Of a stretch of 64,000 nucleotides of DNA, positions 60,691-64,000 are shown in pieces. The first letter of the stretch is position 1. Every line of letters begins with the position of its first letter. A model generated the notes under the pieces. That model searched no databases. It was not told where the DNA came from and worked only from the letters and a program-made list of their open reading frames with translations. The stretch is from Eledone cirrhosa (Eukaryota), in contig OZ024763.1 of NCBI GenBank assembly GCA_964016885.1, positions 13,330,001 through 13,394,000 on the forward strand, written 5' to 3'. Both the position numbers and the translations under genes were made by a program.

Positions 60691-61128
60691 GTCAACGTCG
60701 TCGACGACAATGAAACGATGACAATAGCGATGACAGTACCATAGAGATAGGACCGGAGGTATATCTGTCTGTCAGCCCTACCCCCACACGTGACCCCAGG
60801 GGTCAACAAGGAACAATGGTACATTCCACAGTGTAATATCACTGAAGATATAGACACCCGGCTACCCCTTTCACACCCCTAATATATAAAGTTACGTGAT
60901 AGGGTCGTATGACATGTCATAGAGTACACTGGGGTGGTGGTGGGACGGGGGGTAGTGGTGGTGGTGGTGTGGCGGGTGGTGGTGGTGGGGGTGGTTGGGT
61001 GGTAGTGGTGTTGGGACGGGGGTACTGTTATGTCATAAATAGTGTCTGGGGGTAGACGAAACACACACGTGTGTGTGTATCTGTGTGTGTGTGTATGAGT
61101 GCTTGTGTATAAATGCACATATATATGC

Positions 61129-61162
<34 letters not shown>

Positions 61163-61705
61163 ATTATAAAATAACAGGAGGCTAGACTGGTGTAATTCCT
61201 TAAAGGTTTATTATACTATGAACATTTCAATGACTGGGTTCAGTATGAATCCGGTGACATCATCAGGTGTTCAAAATTTAACGAATATAATCCATGGGGC
61301 TGAAAAGGAGGCCACACATTTAGCAGTTTCTACTTGGGTCGGCCGCCCCAGCCTCCTGTTATTTTATATTAATTAGCTCCGTACTTGCACCACCAACAAC
61401 ACAAACGAAGGCGGGTGAGTAGCATTACGTCGAGTGTTCTCCCTAATATTACATTGAGGTTGACCATACGAAATGACAAGTTCTATCCAGTGGTGAACCA
61501 ACAAACCTAAATATATATATATAACGAAGGAGTGTGGTAAGGAACCAGGTGGACCATAACGCACCAGAGTACTCAATACTTAGGGTAGTAGAGTGGGTAA
61601 TAGGAAAAAGTATGACCCCGAAAGTGTCTTGCTCAAGGACATAACGCATAGTGCGGTCCAGGAATCGAACTCACAACCTCACGATTGAGAATTCACTACA
61701 TATTT

Positions 61706-61752
<47 letters not shown>

Positions 61753-61757
61753 CATAC

Positions 61758-61827
<70 letters not shown>

Positions 61828-62156
61828 TCCTGGACCGGGTGATGCGTTATGTCCTTGAGCAAGACACTTTATTTCACGTTGCTCCTTCTACCCGGAGTTG
61901 CGACCGATAGATAGTACGAGCAACTGGAAAGACCAATGGAAACATTGTTTCCTCGGTCCGATTTGACGAAAGTCAATCGACTGTCATATATATATACATA
62001 ACCTGTCTCATGGTCGGGTCATTGGCGACTTAACTGGCAACCCCACCAAGGTTTCTTGGTGAGGAGGGTGACTTTGGACATCCTGCAGGACTAAAAACAA
62101 AACCTGTCAAAGAGCAAAGGAGCTCTTAAGAGTCAATGGCCATCCAAAATCACCGG

Positions 62157-62190
<34 letters not shown>

Positions 62191-62238
62191 CATTCATAAA
62201 AGAGTTACACACATTATAATACACACACGTGTGTGTAC

Positions 62239-62333
<95 letters not shown>

Positions 62334-63784
62334 CTATCTGGCCCGTCCGGCTGGCGCCCGGCTAGGTATACCGGCATTTTATCTTTTCTGGAATCCCCCC
62401 TCCACTCCAGTCCAAAGATACCGCACTCCTTCTCAAGTCAGCGAGGGAGGGGCGGGGGGTAAACGTGGTCTGATATTGGGTTTGAATAGTTAAAAATCGG
62501 AGTCAGTTTTGCAAGGCCGCTGATCACTCGACCTTAAATATAGTGTGTGTGTCTGATCAAATGATCAAATCATCGGAATACTGTATATATATATATATAT
62601 ATATGGGGGGGGGGGGGTGATGTCCGCCTTAACAAGTTTTGCTCAATGACCGAAAGATTTAAAATAATCAAAATAATTGAAATAACACAATAATCAGAGC
62701 TATTTATCAAATTAAATATACGAGAAAATAATAGACAAAATATACCAATTACAGCAATGCAACGAGAGGAAACATGATAATATCACTGATGATGTCACAG
62801 GTGTGTGACGAAAGAACACTGCGAAACTATATTTATATCTATATTTTCAACTGTTGGTCAATCAATGATAACCATTGATTGGCAGCTGAATTAATTATAG
62901 AAATATAAAATATACTGAAGCGAAAATCAAACCAAACAGCGAGTGTGTTTTATTAAATATTTCTGGCAATATTACAACATGACCCTCCCCAAATATAACA
63001 ATATATATATATATACATATACGCATACATAGATAATTACATACACACATACGTACATATATACATATATACATATATACATACATACACACATACGTAC
63101 ATATATACATACATATATGGTGGCTGCCAACTCGTTTTCGAGTACGGCCACTACTTTATATCCATGTAGGAGAACCCCTACCGATGCGGTGAACGAGTGT
63201 GACTTTTTAGCCCAGCCAGCGACTTGAAAACTCTGGAACAAACACTACACCTGTGACAATTATTGACACATAGTGCTGGGCCCATGGTACCATGTCACGA
63301 CAAGTGCAGAGAGATCTCCAGATATAAAGCAATGCCTGTGCCGTGAAGCTTTTATAGTGAGCAAAGGCACTGCACAAAGCCAGTCCCGCTCTCTTAACCA
63401 AGATGATATTTACCAAAAAGAAGAACAAGTCAACATCATTGGATACCATCAGAGTTGCAGGTGTTATATCAGAGTTTTCCTTCTCCTAGAATTCTGCCTT
63501 GACAAAGGCTAAGGGGTCATCTCTCCCGGTGATTTTGGATGGCCATTGACTCTTAAGAGCTCCTTTGCCCTTTGACAGGTTTTGTTTTTAGTCCTGCAGG
63601 ATGTCCAAAGCCACCCTCCTCACCAAGAAACCTTGGTGGGGTTACCAGTTTAGTCGCCAACGACCTGACCATGAGACAGGTTGTACTGGGATACATGTTA
63701 CCAGTAGCACCAACTGGTGACCTGACATATATACATATATACATACACACATGCATACGTACATATATATATATACATACATAT

Positions 63785-63817
<33 letters not shown>

Positions 63818-64000
63818 TACACATACATACATATATATATACATACATACATATATACATATATACATACATATATATATATATATATACATATATATAC
63901 ATACATATATATACATATACATATATATACATACATATATATATATACATATATATATACATACATATACATACATACATATACATACATAAATATACAT

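Noticed and set aside
59052-60857. ORFs of 385-594 aa (Thr/Asn-, Pro- and Gly/Val-rich, mucin-like)
   Set aside because: They are open in several frames on both strands because the ACC/AAC repeat lacks stops. There is no unique domain or convincing splice context.

Overview
AT-rich, repeat-dense animal genomic DNA with long introns, many microsatellites and tRNA-derived SINEs. The repeat style suggests a cephalopod such as octopus, which is an inference only. The main gene is an 11-coding-exon, all GT-AG spliced gene on the + strand (20584-46514). By manual splicing it gives one open 506-aa frame: an N-terminal RmlC-type dTDP-4-dehydrorhamnose 3,5-epimerase (cupin) fused, inside a single exon, to an RmlD-type 4-reductase (SDR). 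An RmlC/D rhamnose-pathway fusion is unexpected in an animal. A divergent minus-strand first exon (8002-8080) resembles the COX6A mitochondrial presequence. The rest is transposon-derived: SINEs; RTE, R4/Dong, CRE-like and L1/Tx1-like LINE remnants; a mariner fragment; piggyBac-, hAT- and Tc1-like MITEs; and a complete 1.4-kb non-autonomous Helitron. There are at least eight complete type I hammerhead-ribozyme motifs of the Penelope/retrozyme type, four of them inside long palindromes, and many minisatellites that grew out of TE segments. Nearly all long ORFs in the supplied track are repeat artefacts. There is one 200-nt N gap.
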